64,000 nt of DNA from Podarcis tiliguerta (taxonomy: Eukaryota): the NCBI GenBank assembly GCA_965153285.1, contig OZ229110.1, one strand, 5' to 3'. The notes beneath the pieces are model-generated. The model had not been told where the DNA came from. It searched no databases and saw only the letters and a program-made list of their open reading frames with translations. The position numbers and the translations under genes were made by a program. Of the stretch, positions 22,015 through 45,664 are shown piece after piece. Position 1 is the stretch's first letter; the number at the start of each line of letters is the position of its first letter.

Positions 22015-23639
22015 AGTCTTTATAAAGCCACAGCTCTGTGCACAAGTCTGTTGCTGTTGCCTCCCTTCTTTCCACAGATGAATTCAGAGGAGTTCAGGGT
22101 AAGCGCAGGCTTTTCCTGGAGCATTTGCTTTCTTCCCACCATTTTATGTGGGTTCACTTTCAGCGTGTGGTGGAAAAACACAGCGGAACAGGCAACAGCC
22201 CTGGCATTTCTTCTCACCTAGAGCTGCCCAAAGAAACCAAGAAGGACACAAGTCATGTTGGATGCTTGCAGGAAAAACAAGAACACTTCACTTAAACTTC
22301 AGCCTTTCTAAATCAGTGTTAGGAAATGACTGGTGTCTGCATGTGCCATATAGCTTTCAGGGGTATAGGAGCCAAACTTTACATGGAAAGGTAGGGCTGT
22401 CTGTGTGAGTAAGCAATGGCTTTCCAACCTGAACTTTTAATGTTCACTTTTTTTTAATGGGAAGTTTGCTTCACTTGTTCTGTGTTTATACTGGGTTTCA
22501 GAGCGTCTTGCATGCCCTGAACATGTGTGAATATTCAGGCCTTTTCCTGTTGGCTGCTCCACTTTTGTTTTGAATTCTAACAAAGCTTATTTCCTGTTAC
22601 TTATAATCTGGATTTTTAAGCAAGGTAAAATGCATGCTTGCTGCTACTTTTGAATGTAATTGGAACAATCCTTGTGTGTATGTGTAGCGCAGGAGCTTGC
22701 ATTTTTTTAAAAGAGGAACAAGGTTGGAGAAATATGCACTATAGAGACAGGTTGTTAAATGAGGCCTCCCTCTTCTGGAAGAAAGAGGAATGTAGGTAGA
22801 GCTATCCCTCACACATAAACAGAGCAAATTACTACATGCCAGCCTAGATATTTACCTGGTGAGATGCCTGCTCAAGGAGGGATAGGTAATTGTATGGGAA
22901 ACAGGCTTGCTGTCGTGGTTGCATTTTGACTTGAGCAGGTCAGGCTCCCTCTTGTTTCTGCTACTTCCCACTATCGTAGTTGCTGAGCCAAGTTTAATCT
23001 GGGTTTTAGTTTGGCAATCTCTCTCTTGATATCCTTAAAAGGATAGGTCCCTAAAGGAAAGGTTTTCTGGCACTCTCCACCAGGGGGCTTTTCATATTCA
23101 GTTGGCTTACAGTGCTTTGACTGTAAGAAGCTTCATGTTGTTTTCTCCTGCAACTCCCATTGTGTCTTCCCTCCCCTTCCTTTTTGATCTGGCATCTGCC
23201 TGAGCTCTTGCTCAGTGCTTGTATTTGTTGCAAGAAACTCCTTGGCAATGAAAGAACTTTGCTTCCTTCAGTTCCAGTGGTGCATCCCTCCTCTGAGCTT
23301 GGAACAGCCAGCCTTGGGCATGTGCAAGAGGAATGTGTTCTGCAGCTGTGTGTGCACAGGCACTTGCCTAATGTGCATAAAGTGGTACATGCCTTTTTGA
23401 GTGCAGCCCACTTGTTGTCTTTGGTTTGATAAGGAACTGGGAGCAATGAGACAGTGGAGCTGATGACTTATGGCAAATCTTGACAGAACTGGGGCTAGGC
23501 TGGGGCAGAGAACCTTCTTAAGCCTGAGGGCCACATTCTCTTCTAGACAAACTTCCAAGGGCCATAGGTCGCTGGAGGGCAGGGCCAGGAGCAAAAACAA
23601 TTCCCTCCTACATCTCTTCTCTGTTCCCCCATCAAGGCA

Positions 23640-24230
23640 TGCAAGGTCACAGCCACATCATACATGGAAAACACTCTTGCACCACTGTTGCAAGAGTCAT
23701 GCCTGGGTCACATCCTGCTTCGACTGCTGCAACGTTGTGGGGCTGCATTGGATCATTTGGAATCTGCAGCTAATGCAGGATGCTGACGCCAGGAGCTTGT
23801 GACATGAGGCATGGGGCTCCTTTGTTTAATCTGCACTCGTTCCTGGTGTATTTCCAACCAAGCCCAGTTCAGGGAATTTAAAGAAATAGCTGATTCTGCT
23901 TGCCCTGGGAGATCTGCTGGAGGGTGTGTGTGTTTCTGTTCCACCTCCCTCCTCTATTGAAGCATAGTTCAGAAGGGTGAGAGATACATCTCTAGCTTCC
24001 TCCCTTTTGCATTTTGCAAGCTGCTGAAGACCACATTGTTCAGGCAGGCCTTTGGTTTGAATTAGCTCCTGTCGAATTGCCTTTTATGCAGTCCTATCAA
24101 TTGCTATATTCATTACTCTGTGTGTGTTTGTGCACACACAATCTATTGTTTGTTTCCACTATTTAAAAATACCACAATGAATTGAATGCTCCCTTAGGAG
24201 CTTTTTCTGAAAAGCAGTTTTAAGGTTTTT
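23640..24230 (+). mobile_element. Degenerate L2 LINE remnant
   Basis: HAWVTSCFDCCN...LQLMQDA resembles the L2 RT C-terminal motif (HAxVTSRLDYCN...LQLVQN). Confidence 0.6.
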
Positions 24231-25427
24231 TCAAAGCAAAGTAATTCAGAAACATTCAATCTCCCACCGCAGTAAACACTGAATGTGCAGAGAGAGAATA
24301 TCTCCTGGGCTTGTGGGGCATCTAGCTCCTAGCAACGTCTTTTGTGGCTGCTGGAGAAGCCAATATGATTTCTGCCAAAGTGCATGCACGCTGTAGGTAC
24401 CTGCTGCGCATTAAGGTTCTCCGGAAGCGTGTAGGTGGCGGGTGGCAGGTGTGCTGCTCTTCCTGTCCTAGACCAAGCAGCAGAAGCTGTTCTGGGGGGG
24501 GGGGGTGACAGGAAACTTGTGGTTGGCACTGTTGAATTAAGGCGCCTCTGCTGCCTGAGCCTGCAGGAAATAGTGTTGTAAGGTGCATGCAAACCATGCA
24601 TGCAAAGCCTCCACACTGCGGTACCAATTTGTGATCTGTGCTCTCTGCATAGACAAAAGCTGCTGATGGGATAGAAATGTGGTCACTCTCTTTTCCCATA
24701 CGACTGCAAGGGCTATGAAGTGGTGGAAATGAAGAGAGCACGTCCTGGCTCTACTTTTCCTGGGCAAGGAAAGAGCTGCAAAGTTTTCTTGAGCACCCTC
24801 TGTACATCTTCTATATAACACACCCCACCCCGCCGTCCTCCTCCCGGGATGTAGGTGGTGTGGAAGTGTGCTTTACCTTTTTTTAAACTCCTCTATCAGC
24901 TGCAGTGGACTATCCTTTACAATCAGGAGTCCTTAATCCAGTTGTACAAGCCCAGATGAGGAGCAAACAAACACAGGAATCTGCTACAGCACATAGCATA
25001 GGCCCTGAAAGCCTTGTGAATAAGGTGGGACAACCATTGATAGCTGTCCAAAGTACTTGATTTGGTACATTTTATATCTCCCTCTTCCCCACCCCAAATT
25101 TAAGCAGAACAGACACTGGCATGAGAAGCAAATTTGGTTAATAATTCTGGCTTTCTTCCCAATGAGAGATGCTTATCAGTGCAATGGGGAAGTTCTGCTT
25201 AAGCCTGATAACGGTTGGAAGTACCCAAAAGAGGTAAATAGTTGATTCTTTGCATCAGGTGCTAAGTATAGCTTTGTAGTGTTTTCTCTGTGCAGGGTGA
25301 AGAGCAGAGGCAGGAAACATCTCTCCGCCACCCCCAAAGTGCACACACAGGGCCACTGCTTGCAAAGTTTCATTTTCCTCCAGGCTACATGCAGTGCAGC
25401 AGAGCAAAGAGCACTCCACTCCTGACG

Positions 25428-28400
25428 ATGGTAAGAAAGAGGGTAGACCCAACGGGGCTGGAGAAGGTGGATTTGGAAGGGTGGCATGTGTGTGTGAGAG
25501 AGTGTGAGAGCGAGAAGAGGCAAAGTTGCACGACCCTACTGGACTTGAGACAGTAGTGGCCAAGACTTTTAGAAACCAGAATGTTTCCTTATCGCGAATA
25601 GCTGGTTAGGCTTGGAGCCTCTCACTGGGCTCTTTCCATTTGCTGTTCTTTGGCTTCTGAAAGGAGGTGCCAGGCTCTCTTTTCTCCAGGAGAAGTTGAG
25701 CAGGCAGGGCTACCAAGGCAGATAAGGAAGAATAAGAGAGGGGCTGTTGGCACAGGCTGGTTAAATGCTGCTCATTTGACCAGAGGGACTCCACTTTGTC
25801 CTCTCTCTCTCCTGCCACTGGCAGGGGGGTGGGAATGCAGCGGCCATTCTGCTGCTGCTCTATAATTTGTTTTGCTACAGTGGAGGAGAAGGTTCCCCCT
25901 TGGGCATTTTCTTAAGTGAAAAGGCAGCACGGAAAATCGTAAAATAATTCAAGAGATGCCTTGAGGTGCCACATTCTCTTCCTCCCTGCGTGTGAGACCA
26001 CTTGGAAGCGGCAAAAGCTCTTAAAAGGTATCAATGGGGCCAGTTTCCCTTTTGCTGTGATGAAAGCCCAGGACCTGCAGCACTGGAATGGCTTTTCTTT
26101 CATTGCTTATAGTCCTTTGTTCTGTGTTCCCTCCTTATTCCACTGGGCAGTTTTGATAAGGCGCACTACTCTGGCACCTTGGCTTCTTGGACACTTCTGT
26201 TTCCTTCGATGTTCTGCCTTACCTCTTAAAGTTCTTCTGTTCCATCAGATGACATTTCTGCTTTTGGGTTAGAGAACGCCAAGGTTAAGCTATGCTCTGA
26301 TGCTGGCCTCTTTAATGGCCTTTGCGAGTAGTTGAAAACTGGGCTTTTTGCCGCCTTCAATCCTTTGTTGGTAAAGCTGCTTCCTTTAATATGGGATGGA
26401 GCAAAGGGCTTTTCTGCTGCAGTAGATAGCAGTGATAGGAAATCTGTTGCTCACCAGATATTATTGAACTCCAACGCCCATGAGCCTCAGCCAGCATGGC
26501 TAATGGTCAGGGACTATAGAAACATAGGAAGCTGGCTTATACTGAGTCAGGCGATTGGTCCATCTAGTTCAGTATTGTCTACACCAGGCTTTCCCAAACT
26601 TGGATCTCCAGCTGTTTTTGGACTACAACTCCCATCATCCCTAGCTAGCAGGACCAGTGGTCATGGATGGTGGGAATTGTAGTCCAAAAACAGCTGGAGA
26701 CCCCAGTTTGGGAAGCCCTAGTCTACACTGACTGGCAGCAGCCCCTGAGGATCTCATGCAGGGATTTCTCCCAGCCCTAGAGATTCTAGAACTTGAACCT
26801 GGAACCTGCAGTATGCAAAGCAGATACTTGCTCTGCCACTGACCTATGGCCCTGTGTCAGCTGTGGTCTACCCCCTGCAGGAAAGCCACAAGTTCCCCAT
26901 CCGTGCTTTGTGTCTTGCTGCATTCTTCAGAAATACTGTAGCGTAGGCCCATTGGCTGCTGTTCCAGTTGTTTCAAGGAAGGAGACCGATGTACAGATTC
27001 ACAGAGAACTGTGGTCTCCTAATAGCACTCAGGAACTGTTTTAGCATTTTGAAGAAGCATCAGCATTGATGTCTTAACAAAGCTGATACTTCTTAAAAAT
27101 GCTAAAAGTGTGATAAAGGCTAACCTCACGGTCCACCTGTAATACATATGCAAATAGCCTTCTGACACGGTATCTTGCTTGTAGGGTGGGTGGAGTAGAA
27201 TTCGGCTTCCATTTAGTGTAGCTCAGGGATGGGATTCTCCAGCCATCATTGGACTCTCATGATTCCTGCCCTTTGGCTATGCTGCCTAGGGCTGATGGGA
27301 GTTGGAATCCTGGAGGGCCACTCCCTCCCGATCCCCAAACTAAAATGGAAGCTGATGATAATTTGCTGCAGGGGCTACCCTAGTGGCAATGTCCATCCCG
27401 TGGCCTCCTTTCTCCCTCACAGGCCTTTCGATGCTCTTGCTCTTACAGTTACTTTCTCTGTGTAAAGGAGCAAGCAACCGGTTGCAAAGGCCTGCAACCT
27501 TTCAAAGAAAGCTGTTGCTGCAGCCATTTGCTAATGTTCACGTTGTGCTGCTTGTGGGACTTGATGGCGCTAGATGGCTGCTCTCTTCTAAACATGCAGA
27601 GGACAAGTTCTTAGAAGTGAGAGTACCAAGGCTGCAAGGCACACAGGCAAATGAGGTGGTATTGAACTAAATACATTAGATTTATGCGGGGCACAGAGAG
27701 AGGAGTGGGACAATGCTGTGTCACATGAGAAATCCTTGTGCTGATGGGATAGATCTCTTTGGCACAACTTTGAATAGAACCCCAAGGTTTCACTAGTGCA
27801 CATGCCCACAAAAGGTCTCTAGAAATACCCCCCTAAAAAAACCCCCTAACATTTGCACTTCCTGTGTGTATTGGCTCAGACTCTCCTTCACTTAGCATAC
27901 ATCCTTAAACATACCATTTCACTGGAGGATAGGACTAGACATGCACTCTTTCTTCTGCAAAGGGCTTCCCTGTGACTGGTATTTGTGCTCCCCCCCCCCC
28001 CCCGTTGACTGAGGAGGGGGGCGCCTGCACCATTTTATGGGCCTGCATTTTTTAAATGTGGCAGCCATTTTGTGACTGATGCCCATGACACTCACTCCAG
28101 ATTCCAAATGTGCCTATTGAAAGGGCTGGCAACCATTGGCTTTGGTATAGATGTGAACGTAGCGGATCAGAAAACAGATCCAGCACCCTCAGAAAATAGC
28201 CTCAAAATGTAGGAAACCTGCTTTATCAAAGTCTCATCTCCTAGCCTAACTTTATTCTACTCCACCACCCCCTAACCAAAAAAAAAAAATCCTGTTAGTA
28301 GACTGGAAGTCCTGTAAAGATACCTTGCTGATTAGTATCGTGGAACGTGGGGAAAGACTTTGCTGTTCCTGTGCTGCCAGGGACTTCTTATCCTGTCCCA

Positions 28401-30617
28401 TTGCCTCAACATTAGATTCCTTTGCTGCTGCTTTCTCTGCCTAACACTACTATTTCTTCTTACTTCACTACTTTCAGGTCACAGAAGACCACAAATATCC
28501 AAGGTGCAGGTTAGTTAAGGCTGTTAGGCAGGCTGTCTCCCAAGATTGCTTTGGAACTTCCCTTTCCCTGCATGTTCAGTCCTAATATTCTCCCAGATTA
28601 CCCTTTCCTTGATGGCACCAGCCTTTTCCTCCATTGCTGAATTATATTCAGCGGCCTTGCTTCAGTGACACGGAGGAAAAAGAAAGGAACAGACTTGTTG
28701 CCCAGCCTGTATTCCATTAGCGCCAGTGTAAGACAGAGGTGTGGCTATGCAGCATCCAGTTAAACCAAACTGTTAGCCGAAACTCCCTGCAGTCTGCTTC
28801 TACAGCCCACTTCCTTCCATACGTCTAATAGGACATTCACCATTTGACAAATACACCCTATAAAATTAGCTGAAGCAAGACCTGCCCAAGTTAAATGGAC
28901 CCCTCACATGCGAAAGGTCCCCGGTTCGTTCCCGGGCGGAAACACCATGTTTCCCAAGTTAAATGGACCAGCTCTTTTTTGGTAACTACAAAGCTTGATA
29001 AGTGGCACTGTCTACCTTCTTATGCTGGCTTAGCGAAAATATATCTTTTTCCTTCACCTGACATACTGAGCCTCAGGTCATTTGGGGCAGACAGTACAGT
29101 AATTGCCAATGGCCAAAGCACCAAACAGAGGTTCTGCCTTCTGAAGCAAAGGTTGAGGTTAAATTGTGGGTGACTTTGTACACAGAATTCAGCTTTCTAA
29201 AGAATCACAACTTTTATATTTAAAAGTACATGCTTTATCATATCTTCACAATCATAAGTATGAGAAATTCTTGCTGAATTTCCAAAACCACAGTAGTCAC
29301 TGAAGATGACTTCCAAAGACCCTACATAGTTCCTTGTCTCTCCCTAACATAGCAGAAAAAATTACGTAAAAAAAGCAGGGGAAATATGCAAGAAAAATAT
29401 ATATGCATGCACATTTTCTTAAGCCTGCATAATTTATAGTCAACTTGCTATAAACTCTTATTGGCTATAGTTTCTCATCTGCCACCTGGATATGTCTTTA
29501 TGACTGTATCAATGGAGCTTGTACTAGGAAACAATCACACACACTCTTGCTGCTCTTACATTATAGCGCTTCAGCAAATGTCTAGTGGTTTGCGAGTTGC
29601 CACTGATGATGCAAAGCCCCCCATGAGCAGATCTACTGCAGCATCCAAAAATCCCCAAACATCACACAAGGCCAGGAACTCATTTTTTTGTCTTCTTTAA
29701 TTGCAAGCCCTCCTAGCTGCAGCATGTAGGTTAAAAATATATATATGCAGGCAGTTGCTGGTGAACATTTTAAAAACTAAGACAGCTTCCGAGCAATGGC
29801 AGTGCCCTGCTCTTTTCACCATGATCCCTCCTTAACATCTACATCAGAGTCCAATTAACACTGTGCAAGTGGGAGTTTTCAGGGCACGATTCCATGATCC
29901 ACACAGCCCAGGGAGCAGCGCCACAGCTGCAGACAGCAGGCCAACATTCAAGGCTCCTTGTCGTATTAAAATTCCTGGGGCAGGGACTCATCCTGGCTCC
30001 TTTTTCTCTGTAGAGGCCCCAGTTCGTCCACGCGCTCTCTGCCCTGCTCCTGCTGTTTCCAGGGAAGGCCATGGGAGCAGCTCCAGAGAGAGGGGGCGCC
30101 GCGGCAAGAGCAGCGATGACATCGTCGTGAGTTTCCTGGTCTGCCTGCTGCTGCTGCTGCTCCTCTTGCTGTTCCTGGCGTGGCGTCGGCTGAGCCGCAA
30201 TTCAGGAGGAAGGTACCACCCCCAGCGCCTGCTGAGGGGTCTGGTGCTCCGATGGCAAGGGCTTTGGGGAGGGGAACTCCCCGAAGAGCCGCTACAGGGA
30301 CACCAGGACGAGAAGCTGGGAGACGAAGAGTCCGGGGAGGAGCAGCCCACTGAAGTGGGGGATGAGAAGGAGCAGGAGCAGCTCCTCCAAGGAGAAGATG
30401 AGGAGGAGGAGGAGGAGGAGGAAAGCAAGAAGCGTCCAAGGAGAAGGCCGATCCGGAGCCAGCAGAAGATAAAGCAGTGCAGGAGGCCTCAGAGGAAGAA
30501 GGGGCCCCAAAGGCAACCGAGAGCAGCGCAGGGGCTCTCCTGAGTGATCTGCATTCTTTCTCTGGGACAGCGGCCTGGGAGGACCCAGGCAAACAGCTGC
30601 ATGTCACTGCCCTCTAG
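25428..30617 (+). CDS. PTPRCAP: CD45-associated protein (LPAP), about 202 aa after correcting two 1-bp frameshifts
   Basis: ATG-only exon end ACGATG|GTAAGA (25428-25430). Exon 2 (30014-30617) encodes a signal peptide RPQFVHALSALLLLFPGKAMG, a TM segment plus AWRRLSRNSGGRYHP, an acidic region and the C-terminus ALLSDLHSFSGTAAWED...LHVTAL*, matching human LPAP motifs. The three parts lie in three different frames. Exon 1 assignment is less certain than exon 2. Confidence 0.85.
26585..26720. mobile_element. Palindromic hAT-type MITE nested in an older retroelement fragment
   Basis: Long internal inverted repeat. 8-bp TSD GTCTACAC (26577-26584, 26721-26728). Confidence 0.85.
28902..28947 (+). pseudogene. 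Retroposed 3' half of mature tRNA-Val(CAC) including CCA
   Basis: CCTCACATGCGAAAGGTCCCCGGTTCGTTCCCGGGCGGAAACACCA matches vertebrate tRNA-Val from about nt 31 to the CCA end. Flanked by the 17-bp direct repeat CCCAAGTTAAATGGACC (28885-28901, 28953-28969). Confidence 0.88.
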
Positions 30618-30731
30618 AAGCAGCAGGATAGAGGGCACTGAAGCACTCGCTGCAAAGACAGCTACAGACTGAAGGCAGTTCACCGCCCCATCCCATGGAC
30701 CTAGCAGAAGCTGCTTTTGCCCTGTGTTGCC

Positions 30732-30931
30732 NNNNNNNNNNNNNNNNNNNNNNNNNNNNNNNNNNNNNNNNNNNNNNNNNNNNNNNNNNNNNNNNNNNNN
30801 NNNNNNNNNNNNNNNNNNNNNNNNNNNNNNNNNNNNNNNNNNNNNNNNNNNNNNNNNNNNNNNNNNNNNNNNNNNNNNNNNNNNNNNNNNNNNNNNNNNN
30901 NNNNNNNNNNNNNNNNNNNNNNNNNNNNNNN
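30732..30931. other. Assembly gap (200 N)
   Basis: Run of N between the convergent 3' ends of PTPRCAP and RPS6KB2. Confidence 1.
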
Positions 30932-31355
30932 GCAGCAGCGAGGAGAGCCAGACTGCACGTCCTAACAGCAAAGTCCTCCCTACCCCCAGTTCACACTCAC
31001 GCAAAATGCACCGCCAGTAAGATGGCCGCGTACTCAGCCCCGAGGCAGGCGCCTTCTGGCCGATCCTTTGTGTGTCTCAACTTCCCTCCGTTCCCACCAT
31101 GTTTCACTATATATTTCAAAAGAAAGCACCTCACGTAGGGATCATTCCCTATGACGGAAAAGCACCAACACCACACCACCCTTTGCAGCTGGGAGGGAAG
31201 GTGGCCCCTTGCAGCAGGGGAGAAAAGGTGCTCCCCAAACAGGGCTTGACGTTGCTGTGGCACAGCTCTCTCCACCTCTGAGCCCGTCCACCTGGGCAAC
31301 CAGAGCGCTCCGCCCTGCCTAGGCGGACGGTCCAAGGATCTCGCTGCTGCCTCCG

Positions 31356-44380
<13,025 letters not shown>

Positions 44381-44660
44381 AGCAGGGGATCCCCGATTAC
44401 CCCCGCGGCCTTCCAGGCCCCGCCTCCCTGAGTGTCGTCATCTCCCCAGCGACGCGGGTGTTATCGTCGTCATGGGACCGAGGCTTCCGCCCTTTCTGCG
44501 GGAGCGTATCATAGAGAGGCGGGAGAAGAGTGGCCGCACTGGCACCTCACTCCCGGTTTCCTGTTTTAAGGGTGCGGGGGAAGTGGTCGTCTCCATTTTA
44601 CACTGTGAATAAAGAGGGAGAAGTGCAACACCTTCCTGCACGCGCACCCCTTTCTACACA
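44381..44660 (-). promoter_or_regulatory. RPS6KB2 CpG-island promoter / 5' UTR
   Basis: CpG-rich, with GC boxes (GAGGCGGGG), ETS-like GGAA sites and an NRF1-like TGCACGCGCA (44637-44646). Confidence 0.7.
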
Positions 44661-45300
44661 CACACACACAGTCGTTTGTGGTGTGTTGGCAGAAGGGACT
44701 TAATCCTTCCGTTTGTCGCTCCAATCGTAGCACTATACAGTAGTCTGTTTTAACCCCACCAAGCATCTCGGGTTGCATAGGTAACGCGGGAAGCAGCGTT
44801 ATACTGAGAAGACCATTGGGTCCAACTAGCTCAGTATTCTGCACACCGACTGGCAGCGCCTCTCCATGGTTTTGGGGTTTTAAAAAATAATTTATATACC
44901 GCGCTATACCTGGGGGTCTTAGGGCAGTTCACAGAATAAAATCAAAATATAAAACCACAAAATACACAATAAATATAAAAACAACAGACCACCCCTGGGA
45001 TGTGTCCCAGCCCTACTAGGGATGTTGGAGATTGAACTTTAGACCTGGAGGCAAAACATGCCCTGCCACTGATAATACAAATAAATTATTATTTATACCC
45101 TACCCATCTGGCTTGGTTTTAAAGCCACCCTAGACGTCTTGCCTGCTGGGGGAAACCTCAACATGATAGTGAATTAACATTTTTCTCTCATTCAGAATGT
45201 TACAGCTTCCAATCTAGAATAATAAACTTGACCACAACCAGCTTATCCTGCCCTTCTTGCTTCTCAGGCTTGTATTAAGTAAGGCATATATGCTCCTTAA

Positions 45301-45664
45301 GGGACGCAGGTGGCGCTGTGGCCTAAACCACAGAGCCTAGGGCTTGCCGATCTGAAGATTGGTGGTTTGAATCCCAGCGATGGGGTGAGCTCCCATTGTT
45401 CGCTCCCTGCTCCTGCCAACCTAGCAGTTTGAAAGCACGTCAAAGTTCAAGTAGATAAATAGGTACCGCTCTGGTGGGAAGGTTAATGGTGTTTCTGTGC
45501 GCTACTCTGGTTCGCCAGAAGAGGCTTAGTCATGCTGGCCACATGACCTGGAAGCTGTCTGTGGACAAACATCAGCTCCCTCAGCCAGTAAAGCAAGATG
45601 AGCGCCTCAACCCCAGAGTCATCCATGACTGGACCTAATGGTCAGGGGGTACCTTTACCTTTAC
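45301..45664 (+). mobile_element. Full-length Sauria SINE
   Basis: tRNA-like head GGGACGCAGGTGGCGCTGTGG and (ACCTTT)n tail. TSD TATATGCTCCTTAA (45287-45300, 45665-45678). Confidence 0.92.

Noticed and set aside
28902-28947. Functional tRNA-Val gene
   Set aside because: It lacks the 5' half and A box and has a mutated B box, so it is a retrocopy.
29863-30543. 226-aa ORF as the complete PTPRCAP protein
   Set aside because: Only the middle matches LPAP. The signal peptide and conserved C-terminus are in other frames.
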